A program made the position numbers and the translations under genes. A stretch of 64,000 bases of DNA from Nitrospirales bacterium (GTDB lineage: Bacteria; Nitrospirota; Nitrospiria; Nitrospirales; UBA8639), in the NCBI GenBank assembly GCA_965203295.1, contig CBDBCZ010000019.1, forward strand, positions 768,001-832,000, given 5' to 3'. Below, one piece after another: positions 10,341-21,084 of this stretch; positions within the stretch are counted from its first letter, which is position 1; every line of letters starts with the position of its first letter. The notes beneath the pieces are model-generated. The model was not told the origin of the DNA. It was given only the letters and a program-made list of their open reading frames with translations, and searched no databases.

Positions 10341-13172
10341 ATGACGCCCCCAACATCGAACGCCAAAGACTCTAAACCGCTTCATCATCTTTACCTCGTA
10401 GACGGCTCATCATTCTTATTCAGAGCCTACCATGCGCTCCCGCCTCTCACACGCTCTGATGGCACTCCAGTCAATGCGGTGCTGGGTTTTACAAACATGT
10501 TGATGAAATTGCTTGACGATATGGATGCTGGTTACGTCGCCGTTGTTTTTGATACCGCGAGGAAAACCTTTAGGAATGATATTGCTCATGAATACAAAGC
10601 CAATCGACCTGAGCCTCCTGACGAACTCATTCCACAATTTCCTCTGGTTCGTGAGGCGACCAGGGCTTTTAATGTCAGTTGCACTGAAATGGAAGGATTT
10701 GAAGCTGATGATTTGATCGCGACCTACACCCGCCAAGCTCAAGCCCTTGGAATGGAAGTCACCATTGTTTCTTCTGATAAAGACCTCATGCAATTAGTAT
10801 CGGATCACGTGACGATGTTTGACGGTATCAAGAATCGCAGGATTGGCCTTGATCAAGTTCGCGAAAAATTCGGTGTGGGGCCTGAGAAGGTTGTCGATGT
10901 CCAAGCTCTCGCTGGAGATGCCGTTGATAATGTGCCAGGAATCCCAGGTATTGGTGTCAAGACAGCGGCTCAATTGATCAACGAGTATGGGGATTTGGAC
11001 ACTCTTATCGAACGTGCGTCGGAAATTAAACAACCGAAGCGTCGCCAAAGCCTTGTCGAGCATGCTGATAAGGCCCGATTATCCCGTGAGCTTGTTCGTC
11101 TCCGTGATGACGTCCCCGTGAAGGAGTCACTTGAATCGTTCGTTCATCGAGAACCTGATCCCCAACAGTTACTGGAGTTTCTTTCGACCCAGGGGTTTAA
11201 ATCGGTCATCGCCAAAGTTCAGAGTCGTTTAGCCGTAGCTGGACCCTCAGGGGCGGAGGCCGGGAAAGTCTCACCGCCTTCCTATATCCCTTCCTCTCAG
11301 AGCAGTTATGAACTTGTGCAATCACTTCCAGCTTTACAAGATTGGGTGACACGAGCCCACTATGAGGGCTTGGTCGCGGTCGATACGGAAACAACATCAT
11401 TGGACAAAAGTCGGGCAGAGCTGGTTGGACTCTCGATGAGCTTAAACCCAGGTCACGCCTGTTATATTCCCCTCGGTCATCGTACAAGTCATGAACCTGA
11501 CGCATTGTATGATACCAAAGATCAGACACCTCTCGATTCGAATGATCTACAGCAGATTCCTATGGATGAGGCCTTGGAGGTCTTGCATCCTCTCTTGAGA
11601 GATCCATCCGTTCTCAAAGTCGGCCACAATATCAAATACGACATGGTGGTCTTGGGACGCTATGGGCTGAACGTGACTCCAGTCGATGACACGATGTTGA
11701 TGTCCTATGTGCTCGATGGAGGAAGTCATGGTCATGGAATGGACGAACTGGCTGAACTTCACCTTGGATATACCACTATTAAATATAAAGACGTGACCGG
11801 TTCAGGAAAATCGCAAATTTCGTTTGATCAGGTATCCCTGGACAAAGCCCTTGACTATGCAGCAGAAGATGCGGATATCACATTACGACTGTTTCATTTC
11901 TTGAAACCAAGGCTTGTCGCAGAACGGATGACTACCGTCTATGAGACCATTGAACGTCCTTTGATCCCTGTATTAGCTGACATGGAAGCGGAAGGGATCA
12001 GGGTAGAAAAATCTGAGCTTCAGCATCTGAGTGATGACTTTGCTCAGCGACTCAGCGCTCTTGAACTCGAAATTCACAACCTCGCTGGTCATACGTTTAA
12101 CGTAGCATCACCCAAGCAAGTCGGTGAGGTCTTGTTTGATGAATTGGGGTTGGAAGGGGGGCAAAAGGGAAAAAGTGGCGCTTATGCCACTGGGGCAGAT
12201 GTGCTGGAAACCCTCGCTGTCGAAGGCCATGAATTGCCAGCCCGAATGCTCGACTGGCGACAGCTCGATAAACTCAAAAGCACGTATACTGACGCCCTCA
12301 TCGAACAAATCAATCCTCGAACCGGACGGGTGCACACTTCTTTTGCCATGGCTACCGCTTCAACGGGACGCTTATCCTCTACTGATCCCAATCTTCAGAA
12401 TATTCCCGTGCGGAGCGAAGAGGGAAGAAAAATCCGCCATGCCTTCATCGCCGAGTCTGGGAACACGTTACTTTCCTTGGACTACTCCCAAATTGAGCTG
12501 CGATTGCTCGCGCACATTGTCAACATCGATACCCTCAAACAGGCTTTTCGCGAGGGCGAAGACATTCATGTTTTAACGGCCAGCCAGGTCTTTGGTGTTC
12601 CGGTGGAAAACGTAGACCCTCACATGCGACGAAAAGCCAAGGCGATCAATTTTGGCATCATTTATGGGATCAGTCCCTTTGGCCTTGCGAGACAATTGAC
12701 GGTCCCTCAAGAGGAAGCCGCAGCCTATATTAAAGCCTACTTCGAACGTTATCCAGGCATCCAAGAGTATATGGAACAGACCAAACAGTTTTGTCGTGAG
12801 CATGGATATGTTCAGACGCTGTTTGAGCGTCGTTGTCACATCCAAGGCATCCAAGATAAAAACGCTGCGCGGCGTAACTTTGCCGAACGTGCGGCCATCA
12901 ATGCTCCGATCCAAGGAACCGCAGCGGACATCCTCAAACGGGCGATGATACGAGTTCCGCGTGCACTGAATCAGGCAGGGCTCTCAAAGGCCGCTCGGTT
13001 GTTGCTCACTGTCCATGATGAATTAGTGTTTGAAGTCGAAATATCCGCACTCGATCACACGGCCGAAGTCGTACGGGAGGCCATGGAGTCTGCCTCCCAC
13101 CCGGCTGTCCATCTCGACGTCCCACTGACTGTTGATGTCGGGCATGCTACAAGTTGGGATGAAACGCACTGA
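10341..13172 (+). CDS. polA: DNA polymerase I
   Basis: 5'-3' exonuclease (LVDGSSFLFRAYHA, EADDLI), 3'-5' exonuclease (VDTET, YAAEDAD) and polymerase motifs (DYSQIELR, KAINFGIIYG, TVHDELV). Confidence 0.98.
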   Translation: MTPPTSNAKDSKPLHHLYLVDGSSFLFRAYHALPPLTRSDGTPVNAVLGFTNMLMKLLDDMDAGYVAVVFDTARKTFRNDIAHEYKANRPEPPDELIPQFPLVREATRAFNVSCTEMEGFEADDLIATYTRQAQALGMEVTIVSSDKDLMQLVSDHVTMFDGIKNRRIGLDQVREKFGVGPEKVVDVQALAGDAVDNVPGIPGIGVKTAAQLINEYGDLDTLIERASEIKQPKRRQSLVEHADKARLSRELVRLRDDVPVKESLESFVHREPDPQQLLEFLSTQGFKSVIAKVQSRLAVAGPSGAEAGKVSPPSYIPSSQSSYELVQSLPALQDWVTRAHYEGLVAVDTETTSLDKSRAELVGLSMSLNPGHACYIPLGHRTSHEPDALYDTKDQTPLDSNDLQQIPMDEALEVLHPLLRDPSVLKVGHNIKYDMVVLGRYGLNVTPVDDTMLMSYVLDGGSHGHGMDELAELHLGYTTIKYKDVTGSGKSQISFDQVSLDKALDYAAEDADITLRLFHFLKPRLVAERMTTVYETIERPLIPVLADMEAEGIRVEKSELQHLSDDFAQRLSALELEIHNLAGHTFNVASPKQVGEVLFDELGLEGGQKGKSGAYATGADVLETLAVEGHELPARMLDWRQLDKLKSTYTDALIEQINPRTGRVHTSFAMATASTGRLSSTDPNLQNIPVRSEEGRKIRHAFIAESGNTLLSLDYSQIELRLLAHIVNIDTLKQAFREGEDIHVLTASQVFGVPVENVDPHMRRKAKAINFGIIYGISPFGLARQLTVPQEEAAAYIKAYFERYPGIQEYMEQTKQFCREHGYVQTLFERRCHIQGIQDKNAARRNFAERAAINAPIQGTAADILKRAMIRVPRALNQAGLSKAARLLLTVHDELVFEVEISALDHTAEVVREAMESASHPAVHLDVPLTVDVGHATSWDETH

Positions 13173-13190
13173 CTCTGATTTTTGAGCACG

Positions 13191-13964
13191 ATGAAGATAG
13201 CCACTTGGAATGTGAATTCTATCAAGGTTCGAATTCACCACGTCGTGGAGTGGTTGAAAGAGGTCGGGCCTGATGTCCTCTTGCTTCAAGAGTTGAAAGC
13301 AACGAAGGAGGCTTTCCCATATAGTGAATTGGAAGATTTGGGATACAATGTGGCTGTGGTGGGGCAAAAAACGTATAACGGTGTGGGAATTCTATCTCGC
13401 GACCCCATCGAAATTGAACAGCATGCCCTTCCAGGCAATCCGTCGGATGAACAAGCTCGATACATTGAAGCTCTTATCGGAACCATCCGGGTGGCATCAA
13501 TTTATTTGCCGAATGGAAACCCCATTGATTCTGAGAAATTCAATTACAAATTGGAATGGATGGACCGATTGCAGACCCATGCCAGAACTCTTTTGGAATA
13601 TGAAGAAGCGATTGTGCTAGGGGGTGATTTCAACGTCTGTCCCACCGATGATGACGTCTACGATCCTGATGGGTTTGCGGGCGATGCGCTCTGCCATCCT
13701 GAATCCCGTTCGCGATTTCGGATGCTGTGTCATCTTGGCTACACCGATGCCCTTAGTGTACTTAATCCTCAAATAGGGGCTTATAGTTTTTGGGATTACC
13801 AAGCGGGGTGCTGGAACAAAGACCAGGGTCTTCGCATTGACCATTTGCTACTCTCCCCGCAGGCAACAGATCGGCTTCGTATTTCAAGCATCGACAAAGG
13901 CCCGAGGGGTCAGGATAAACCTTCGGACCATACACCAGTTTGGTGTGAGTTGGAAGAACGGTAA
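13191..13964 (+). CDS. xth: Exodeoxyribonuclease III
   Basis: MKIATWNVNS, LQELK, YNGVGIL, GDFN, LRIDH and SDHTPV. Confidence 0.95.
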   Translation: MKIATWNVNSIKVRIHHVVEWLKEVGPDVLLLQELKATKEAFPYSELEDLGYNVAVVGQKTYNGVGILSRDPIEIEQHALPGNPSDEQARYIEALIGTIRVASIYLPNGNPIDSEKFNYKLEWMDRLQTHARTLLEYEEAIVLGGDFNVCPTDDDVYDPDGFAGDALCHPESRSRFRMLCHLGYTDALSVLNPQIGAYSFWDYQAGCWNKDQGLRIDHLLLSPQATDRLRISSIDKGPRGQDKPSDHTPVWCELEER

Positions 13965-14074
13965 GGGATGGGCTGACTCATGATCCGTCAGTCGGAATAA
14001 GTGACTGAGAAATCGCAGGAGAAGATCTTGAGCAACGAAAACTTCAGGGAAGGAACGATTGAATCATGCGGGAA

Positions 14075-14575
14075 TTATTCAATGTCTGAGGGTGGAGATT
14101 GGCGGATCATCGGATTGTTCATCCCGTATAAAGGCTCTTCCAGCATGTCCTCTTTTGAATAAAGTCTTGACGGGTATCCTCCATAGGTATGGAGGTCCCA
14201 GAGAGTGAGACCCTGAACCATTCCATCATCTGAGAAACTGACTGAAAATGATGGTGCCGCATTCTGGTCGGATAGAGCGTAATATCCAGCTAACGGGATA
14301 AATTGTGCTGGATTGGTAGGAGGTTGTGCCTTGGCATAAGCCCAAGTCTCATTCGGTACTTCCCCTTCGGAGGAAACCTGAATATCGATTGGATTACCAA
14401 AGAGTTGCCTCACCTCTTGCTGCGTCGTCCGACCGATTTGGATGGGAACAAGTTGTGTGGGATAGTGAAGGGCAACCGCTTGGCTTTTTGTTGGGCCCGA
14501 TAGCTTCTCACTCCATGCCGTACAACAACAAAGTAAGAAGAGGCTCACGAGAAGGAAAAGAAAAGGCATCTTCAC
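14075..14575 (-). CDS. Putative lipoprotein with SmpA/OmlA(BamE)-like motif
   Basis: Hydrophobic leader with Cys, then IQIGRTTQQEVRQLFGNP...ETWAY. Confidence 0.55.
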   Translation of the reverse strand: MKMPFLFLLVSLFLLCCCTAWSEKLSGPTKSQAVALHYPTQLVPIQIGRTTQQEVRQLFGNPIDIQVSSEGEVPNETWAYAKAQPPTNPAQFIPLAGYYALSDQNAAPSFSVSFSDDGMVQGLTLWDLHTYGGYPSRLYSKEDMLEEPLYGMNNPMIRQSPPSDIE

Positions 14576-14662
14576 ACTGAAATTTTAGTCTGTCGTAAGA
14601 GCGTCTTGAGTGACAGGAGGGTCAGCCCCCAGTCTCCTAGAATAATGTGGTGAATAATAAAT

Positions 14663-14694
14663 GGGACTGTTGAAAAACTCAACATTCCCTAAAT
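14663..14694 (+). repeat. Solo end of the CTGTTGAAAAA miniature element family
   Basis: GGGACTGTTGAAAAACTCAACATTCCCTAAAT is nearly identical to 21089-21120. Confidence 0.65.
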
Positions 14695-14846
14695 GCATTC
14701 CAAAAATAATGTCTTGAGAGCACAAACGGGGAGTTTAAACATGTGTCAAAGCTAATTGAGAAAACAAAGCCTACAGGCACTCTGTCTAAAAGCCACATGC
14801 TTATCTCTAGGCTGTGGGACAATGACTCAGAAATCGCACAGAGCAT

Positions 14847-15190
14847 GGTCAGCAGGGTGCCATTTATGTCCTTGAGATGGGCGAACAGATTAACGTGTTC
14901 GATTTAGCCTGCAATTTGATCAGGCTCTCCGGCTATGCTCCCGAAGAAGAGATCCCCATTGCGTTCGTCGGCGTTCGTCCTGGCGAGAAGCTCCATGAAC
15001 AATTAGTCGGCCATGATGAGACGGTGGAGCCATAATCGATTGATAAGATTCTGCGAGTCCAAACAGGACAAATGCCTGACCTGATCGTCCTCAACCAGAA
15101 ACTGAAAGAGATCGAGGAGTCGGGTATCCTTAGCGAGCCCACCGTTGTTATCGAGCGACTACGAGAGCTCCTGCCAATCTTCCAGCCACC
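14847..15190 (+). pseudogene. C-terminal fragment of a CapD/PglF-type NDP-sugar dehydratase (polysaccharide biosynthesis protein)
   Basis: Own translation: [47 protein letters not shown], in-frame TAA at 15033-15035, then ...LRELLPIFQP. No start or N-terminal part. Absent from the ORF track. Confidence 0.85.
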
Positions 15191-15530
15191 AGACCTTCCT
15201 GAACCTTCGTTACACTCAACACCTTAAGAGACCCTTCAAAGAACGACACCGTCTCAGTAGGGGTTCCTCTCATTGCCTCTTCAACCCACCACAATTTGAT
15301 AGGCTCAAATCGGCCTATTTTTTTGTCGATACGAAATTTGCTGCCCTATGGTGGAAAACTCCGAGGATGAAGCTCGATCCAATGGAAGAATACTGAAATG
15401 CTGAATTAGGGTCAAGAGGCCTTTGTCGTTTGTGGACAATATTCGTTGCATCGTATTGGTGGATTTGTTATTACCTTCTCGCGTTTCTATAATCGTCAGA
15501 AGAACTTGTAAGAAAGTGGGGATGGTTCCA

Positions 15531-17234
15531 ATGTCTGAATCTGAAATGGAGACGACTGACTTTATCAGGGCCATCCTCACCGAGGATGTCAAGGGCAAGA
15601 AAAACGGAGGACGTGTGGTGACACGATTTCCTCCTGAACCGAATGGCTATTTGCACATTGGCCATGCTAAAGCCATATGTTTGAATTTTGGCATTGCGCA
15701 AGAAATTCCTGGAGGAATCTGTCATCTACGGTTTGACGATACGAATCCTACTAAAGAAAACCAAGAATATATGGAATCCATCAAGACTGATGTGCGCTGG
15801 CTTGGCTTTGATTGGGGAGACGGATTGTTCTATGCCTCTGACAATTTTGAACGACTCTATGAATTTGCACTCCATCTCATCAGAAAAGGTAGAGCCTATG
15901 TGGATAGCTTGAGTGCGGATGATATTCGACAATTCCGAGGCACGCTTACGGAGCCTGGGAAAGATAGTCCTTTTCGTAACAGAACAGTACAAGACAATCT
16001 TCAATTGTTTGCCGCCATGCGGGCAGGGGAATTTGATGATGGAGAACATGTCTTACGGGCTAAGATCGACATGGCTTCCCCTAACATCAATCTGCGCGAT
16101 CCAACCCTTTATCGAATTCGATGCGAGTCACATTATCGAAGAGGTCATGCGTGGTCGATCTATCCGACGTATGACTTTGCTCATCCGCTTTCTGATTCCA
16201 TAGAAGGCATTACCCACTCGCTCTGCACCCTTGAATTTGAAGATCATCGTCCTCTCTATGATTGGGTGCTCAACGAATGTGAAGTGGAGTGCCATTCTCA
16301 GCAAATCGAGTTTGCCCGTTTGAATCTCAATTTCACAGTCTTGAGCAAACGGAAACTGCTGGATTTGGTTCAAGAAGGCCATGTCGCAGGATGGGATGAT
16401 CCTCGACTCCCGACCCTCATGGGATTACGCCGTCGAGGGTTTCCCCCTGAAGCCATTCGAAATTTTTGCGATCATATCGGGGTTGCTAAACATGATGGGA
16501 TCCTGGAGATAGCGTTGTTGGAACATTTTGTGCGTGAGGAATTGAACCGACGAGCTCCTCGCGTGATGGCGGTGTTGCGGCCTCTACGAATTGTGATCAC
16601 CAACTATCCTGAAGGGCACGTGGAAGAATTGACATCGATCAATAATCCTGAGGATCCCAATATGGGGTCACGCCTGGTTCCATTTTCTCGAGAGATCTAT
16701 ATCGAGCAAGATGATTTCCGCGAAGATCCTCCTAAGAAGTTTTTTCGTTTAGCGCCAGGACAAGAAGTCAGACTCCGGTATGCATACATCATTAAATGTG
16801 TCGGAGTGGTGAAAGACCCTCAGACCCAAGAAGTCACCGAAGTCCACTGTACTTATGATCCAGAGACACGGAGTGGGGGACCTCAAGCCGGACGGAAGGT
16901 CAAGGGGACGTTACATTGGGTGTCTGCATCCCATGGCTTAGAGGCTGAAGTGCGTTTATACGATAATCTGTTTTCAGTGCCCAATCCGAGTGATAGCAAA
17001 GAAGGTCAAGATTACCGATCATTCCTCAATCCTCATTCTTTAGAAACCGTATCTTCATGCTATGTGGAACCAAGTCTGGCTCAGGCTTTGCTTGGAACCA
17101 CGTATCAATTTGAACGATTGGGCTATTTTTGTGTGGACAATATAGAGTCTTCTCATTCCAAACTCATTTTTAACCGCACGGTTCCACTTCGAGATTCCTG
17201 GTCAAAGATTGAGAAAGCACAATCAGCTCGGTAA
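15531..17234 (+). CDS. glnS: Glutamine--tRNA ligase
   Basis: [38 protein letters not shown] and QFERLGYF. Start placed at ATG 15531. Confidence 0.97.
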   Translation: MSESEMETTDFIRAILTEDVKGKKNGGRVVTRFPPEPNGYLHIGHAKAICLNFGIAQEIPGGICHLRFDDTNPTKENQEYMESIKTDVRWLGFDWGDGLFYASDNFERLYEFALHLIRKGRAYVDSLSADDIRQFRGTLTEPGKDSPFRNRTVQDNLQLFAAMRAGEFDDGEHVLRAKIDMASPNINLRDPTLYRIRCESHYRRGHAWSIYPTYDFAHPLSDSIEGITHSLCTLEFEDHRPLYDWVLNECEVECHSQQIEFARLNLNFTVLSKRKLLDLVQEGHVAGWDDPRLPTLMGLRRRGFPPEAIRNFCDHIGVAKHDGILEIALLEHFVREELNRRAPRVMAVLRPLRIVITNYPEGHVEELTSINNPEDPNMGSRLVPFSREIYIEQDDFREDPPKKFFRLAPGQEVRLRYAYIIKCVGVVKDPQTQEVTEVHCTYDPETRSGGPQAGRKVKGTLHWVSASHGLEAEVRLYDNLFSVPNPSDSKEGQDYRSFLNPHSLETVSSCYVEPSLAQALLGTTYQFERLGYFCVDNIESSHSKLIFNRTVPLRDSWSKIEKAQSAR

Positions 17235-17312
17235 GGACTGTCTGGAAGGGAATCATTGAAGAAGTGAGGTCTCGTGAAGCGAGAAGAGGACAGCTCTTTC
17301 TGACACGACGTT

Positions 17313-18215
17313 TTAGCGGGCCTGTCTGTCTTTGAGAGAGCCAAAGGTTGTAATCCCAAGGGATTTATAGATCTGCAAAGAAGCTTTCGATTTATTCAAA
17401 GTATAGAAGTGGATCCCTTTGGCCCTATTGTCGATCAAATCCATGACCTGCTCAGTTGCCCAATGGATTCCAATGTGTTCGGCTTTTTCATCGCTTTCGG
17501 CCTGGCTCATCGCATGGAGAAGTTTCGCCGGAAATCTAGCTCCAAGGGCGAGTTCGGCCATTCGAGTCATGCCCTTCCGTGAGGTAATGGGCATAATTCC
17601 TGCGATGATGGGGACATGAATCCCTGCGAGGGCACATCGTTCGCAAAAATCATAAAAATCTCGATTGTCGAAGAACAGTTGTGTGCAGATGTAGTCAGCA
17701 CCCGCGTCGACTTTTCTTTTTAGATGATCAATTTCCATAAGGCGGTTTGGTGTGTCAGGGTGTCCCTCTGGAAAACCTGCGATGCCAATTCCCATCGTGG
17801 GAAAATATTTCTTGATAAATGCCACGAGTTCCCAGGCGTAATCGAACCCATTTGTCTCAGGAACAAATTGAGATTGACCTTTAGATGGGTCCCCCCTGAG
17901 CGCCATAATGTTTTGAATGCCGCTATCCTGGTACATTTTCAGGATATGAAAGATATCGTCTTGACTTGAGCCAACACAGGTCAAGTGGGATACCAGGGTG
18001 AGACTGGTTTCCTGCTGCAATTTGACGACGAGGTCATGAGTGAGCTGACGCGTGGAGCCTCCGGCGCCGTAGGTGACGCTGATATAAGCCGGCTTGAGGG
18101 GGACGAGTTGTTGAATCGTTTCAAAAAGCTCCTTCGAGGCCGCCTCGGTTTTGGGAGGAAAAAATTCAAAGCTTATGGCGGGAGTATTGTGATTGAGCAC
18201 TTCCGCGATGTGCAT
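17313..18215 (-). CDS. metF: 5,10-methylenetetrahydrofolate reductase
   Basis: SFEFFPPK, SVTYGAGGS, HLTC, ALRGD, TQLFFD and HFYTLN. Confidence 0.97.
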   Translation of the reverse strand: MHIAEVLNHNTPAISFEFFPPKTEAASKELFETIQQLVPLKPAYISVTYGAGGSTRQLTHDLVVKLQQETSLTLVSHLTCVGSSQDDIFHILKMYQDSGIQNIMALRGDPSKGQSQFVPETNGFDYAWELVAFIKKYFPTMGIGIAGFPEGHPDTPNRLMEIDHLKRKVDAGADYICTQLFFDNRDFYDFCERCALAGIHVPIIAGIMPITSRKGMTRMAELALGARFPAKLLHAMSQAESDEKAEHIGIHWATEQVMDLIDNRAKGIHFYTLNKSKASLQIYKSLGITTFGSLKDRQAR

Positions 18216-18610
18216 GAAAAGGCCTTTCCGCGTTCAGGGAAGTTGGGGAAATCCCTTGTTTATTTATAGAGCCAGTATTCTGATATCCCAAATGGCTCGA
18301 ATCCCAGACTATGAAATAAAGTTTACCATTAAAGGATATTTGGAGACTGTTTGACAAGAGATTGATTGAATGGAGAGAAAGTTGTGGGCCTCAGGGTTTG
18401 GTTTCTTCTCATTCAACAGGTCGGCGATCAAAACCTCTATCAGGCTTGCCTGGTTCGTCATGTCGCCAATATTTTAATTCCCTGCTCATCAGAAATATTT
18501 CAAGCCTCTCGCGTTTTTGGTAAGGTAACAACTCCACTCAGCGTGACGCATGCTCGGGGAAGCCTCCAATTGGTCTTTCATGAAGGATTAATGAAGAGGA
18601 AAACGACGAG

Positions 18611-19114
18611 TTGATCTCTGAAAACGTTCAGATATCGGTGATCCAGGGCAGCATTTTGGAAGTGGATGCCCAATTTATCGTCAATGCGGCCAACAGCTAT
18701 GGTCTCATGGGTGGCGGTGTTGCTGGAGTCATTCGTCGAGCCGCAAGTTCTCAAGTAGAACAAGAGGCATGTGAACAGGCGCCGATCAACGTAGGGAAGG
18801 CTGTGCTGACGACCGGAGGACGAACCAAATTTCTCGGCATCATTCATGCTCCGACAATGCCTGAGCCAGCGATGCGTATCCCAGCCGACAACGTGGCGTT
18901 GGCCACGAGAGCAGCATTGACGTTAGCTGACGAAAAAGGGTTTTTTTCTCTAGCCATTCCTGGTATGGGAACGGGGGTAGGTGGGGTTTCTACATCACTA
19001 GCGGCACGGAAAATGGTGGAAGAAATCCGAAATTTTTCTCCAACGTCCCTTTGAGAGGTCGTTCTCGCCGACATTGATCCCTTGATGGTGGAAACGTGGC
19101 AAGAGTATCTTTAA
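18611..19114 (+). pseudogene. Macro-domain (ADP-ribose binding/hydrolase) protein with a late in-frame TGA at 19052-19054
   Basis: IVNAANS..MGGGVAG, HAPTM and PGMGTGVGG. The frame continues after the TGA as EVVLADIDPLMVETWQEYL*. May still be expressed as a 147-aa truncated form. Confidence 0.7.
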
Positions 19115-19177
19115 ATCAACCAGTTTTCGTTTCCAAATGGAGAATGCTTTACATTGTTTCTATAAGATGAGATCTGT

Positions 19178-20026
19178 ATGCCACTTGAAGATGAGTTTTG
19201 TGACATCGTAAAAAAAGCCCGTTTCGGGCAGAAGTTGTCGTTGGAGAAAGTCGCTGAAGAAGCGGAATTGTCTGTCAAGGATTTAGAACGATTAGAGAAA
19301 GGTGCGCGTTCTCCTTCAGTGAGAGAAGTTGAGGCGATTGGTCAGACTCTTCAGCTCAGGATGGAACCCTTGATTCAAATCGCCTTGGAGGCTTGGACTC
19401 CCTTCCTTCCTACTTTACCTGAACATGAAGGACAGGTGGTCACTGTGGAAAGGGATATCGGTGGGTATGCTGTGAAGGGTTATCTCCTGTACGATTCAAA
19501 TACCAAAGACGCAGTGTTGATTGATACGGCGTATAATGCGGAGAAGATGCTTCAGGAAGTCAAACAACGAGGCTTGCAAGTGAGGGGAGTGTGTTTGACT
19601 CATGGTCATGCAGACCATGCTGGAGGGCTTGATCGGATTTTGGCTGAATGGCCAGTGCCAGTATATCTGGGCCATGAAGATGTTTCACTTTTGCCTTGGA
19701 AACCACCCCAAGACCATCTTTCCGTACCCAAAGATTACCAAACTCTCCCGGTAGGGAATCTTATGCTTGAATTCCTGGCTACCCCTGGCCATACGCCAGG
19801 TGGATTTTGTTTTAAACTGACCCATAAAGGCTCTGACCTGTGTTTTGTCGGGGATACTCTGTTCGCAGGTTCGATTGGACGATCCAATCCTTTTTCTTTG
19901 TATCCATCTCATTTACATTCAGTCCGAGAGCATGTGCTTCAGCTTCCCCTAGATTGTGCGTTGTTGCCTGGGCATGGTCCTGCAACGACTGTCAAGCAGG
20001 AATTAGAACATAATCCTTTTGGATAA
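19178..20026 (+). CDS. MBL-fold metallo-hydrolase with N-terminal XRE-type HTH
   Basis: KARFGQKLSLEKVAEEAELS..LERLEKG HTH. THGHADH, TPGHT, GDTLF and PGHG. Confidence 0.85.
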   Translation: MPLEDEFCDIVKKARFGQKLSLEKVAEEAELSVKDLERLEKGARSPSVREVEAIGQTLQLRMEPLIQIALEAWTPFLPTLPEHEGQVVTVERDIGGYAVKGYLLYDSNTKDAVLIDTAYNAEKMLQEVKQRGLQVRGVCLTHGHADHAGGLDRILAEWPVPVYLGHEDVSLLPWKPPQDHLSVPKDYQTLPVGNLMLEFLATPGHTPGGFCFKLTHKGSDLCFVGDTLFAGSIGRSNPFSLYPSHLHSVREHVLQLPLDCALLPGHGPATTVKQELEHNPFG

Positions 20027-20066
20027 AAGGACACTGGACATTCGGTTGAGAGGATAGAATCCGTCT

Positions 20067-21059
20067 ATGAGCGACGAGAAGTTTGAACCAAAGACGAATT
20101 GGGATGGCGATTTACTCGGTAAGTCACGTCTTGAAGACTCTTCCCCGCAACAAATGGAATGGACACCCCCTTCGCAGGTCCATTTTCCAGTCCAGGCAAG
20201 TAGGTTTTCGGATGTTGGATTTCCGATTGCTTTATTTGCGTTAACCATGTTTACCACTCTTTGGGCGGGTGCGTACCAAGTGAATACTCACCCAGTCAAA
20301 GGGGCGTGGGATTTCTTGCTTAGCTATCCTGGGGCCCTATACCGAGGATTGCCCTTTGCCGTCACACTGCTAGGGATTTTAGTCACGCATGAATTTGGGC
20401 ATTACCTGCTTTCTCGCATTCATCATGTGCCGGCCTCCTTCCCTTTGTTTATTCCTGGCCCCCCGCAGTTTATCGGGACGTTTGGGGCCATTATTCGATT
20501 GCGTTCTCCTATCATGAGCCGGCGTGCCTTGTTCGATATCGGTGTTGCTGGTCCTATCGCGGGATTTATCGTGGCAGTGTTTGCGCTGATCGTGGGTCTT
20601 TCTCTTTCGCAGGTTGTTCCCAGAGAAGGAGCTTACGGACTCCAACTTGGGGAGCCCCTCCTTCTCAAAGTATTTGCATGGGTCATCCTTGGCCCTATTC
20701 CAGAGACCTATGACATTATTCTTCACCCCATTGGATTTGCTGCATGGTTTGGATTGTTTGTGACCGCTCTGAATCTTCTTCCCATTGGTCAGCTTGATGG
20801 AGGGCATGTTGCTTTTGCGATGTTCGGCTCTTATCAGCGCAGGGTGGCTGTGGCTGTTATCGTTATCCTCCTTGTTTTGGGGTTGTGGGGTTGGCCAGGA
20901 TGGCTCTTGTGGGCTGGTTTAACGGCGTTAATCGGTATCTCCCATCCGCCTGTGATGAACCCTGGAGTTGACTTGGGTCGTGGTCGAATCTGGGTGGGGT
21001 ATGGTGCGATCGCCATATTTTGCCTCACCTTTGCCCCAGTGCCCTTTTATTTGGGGTAA
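20067..21059 (+). CDS. Site-2 protease (M50) family intramembrane metalloprotease
   Basis: HEFGH, AGPIAG and NLLPIGQLDGGH. Multiple TM segments. Confidence 0.92.
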   Translation: MSDEKFEPKTNWDGDLLGKSRLEDSSPQQMEWTPPSQVHFPVQASRFSDVGFPIALFALTMFTTLWAGAYQVNTHPVKGAWDFLLSYPGALYRGLPFAVTLLGILVTHEFGHYLLSRIHHVPASFPLFIPGPPQFIGTFGAIIRLRSPIMSRRALFDIGVAGPIAGFIVAVFALIVGLSLSQVVPREGAYGLQLGEPLLLKVFAWVILGPIPETYDIILHPIGFAAWFGLFVTALNLLPIGQLDGGHVAFAMFGSYQRRVAVAVIVILLVLGLWGWPGWLLWAGLTALIGISHPPVMNPGVDLGRGRIWVGYGAIAIFCLTFAPVPFYLG

Positions 21060-21084
21060 TCTTCTTTAACCATCATATGTCCCC

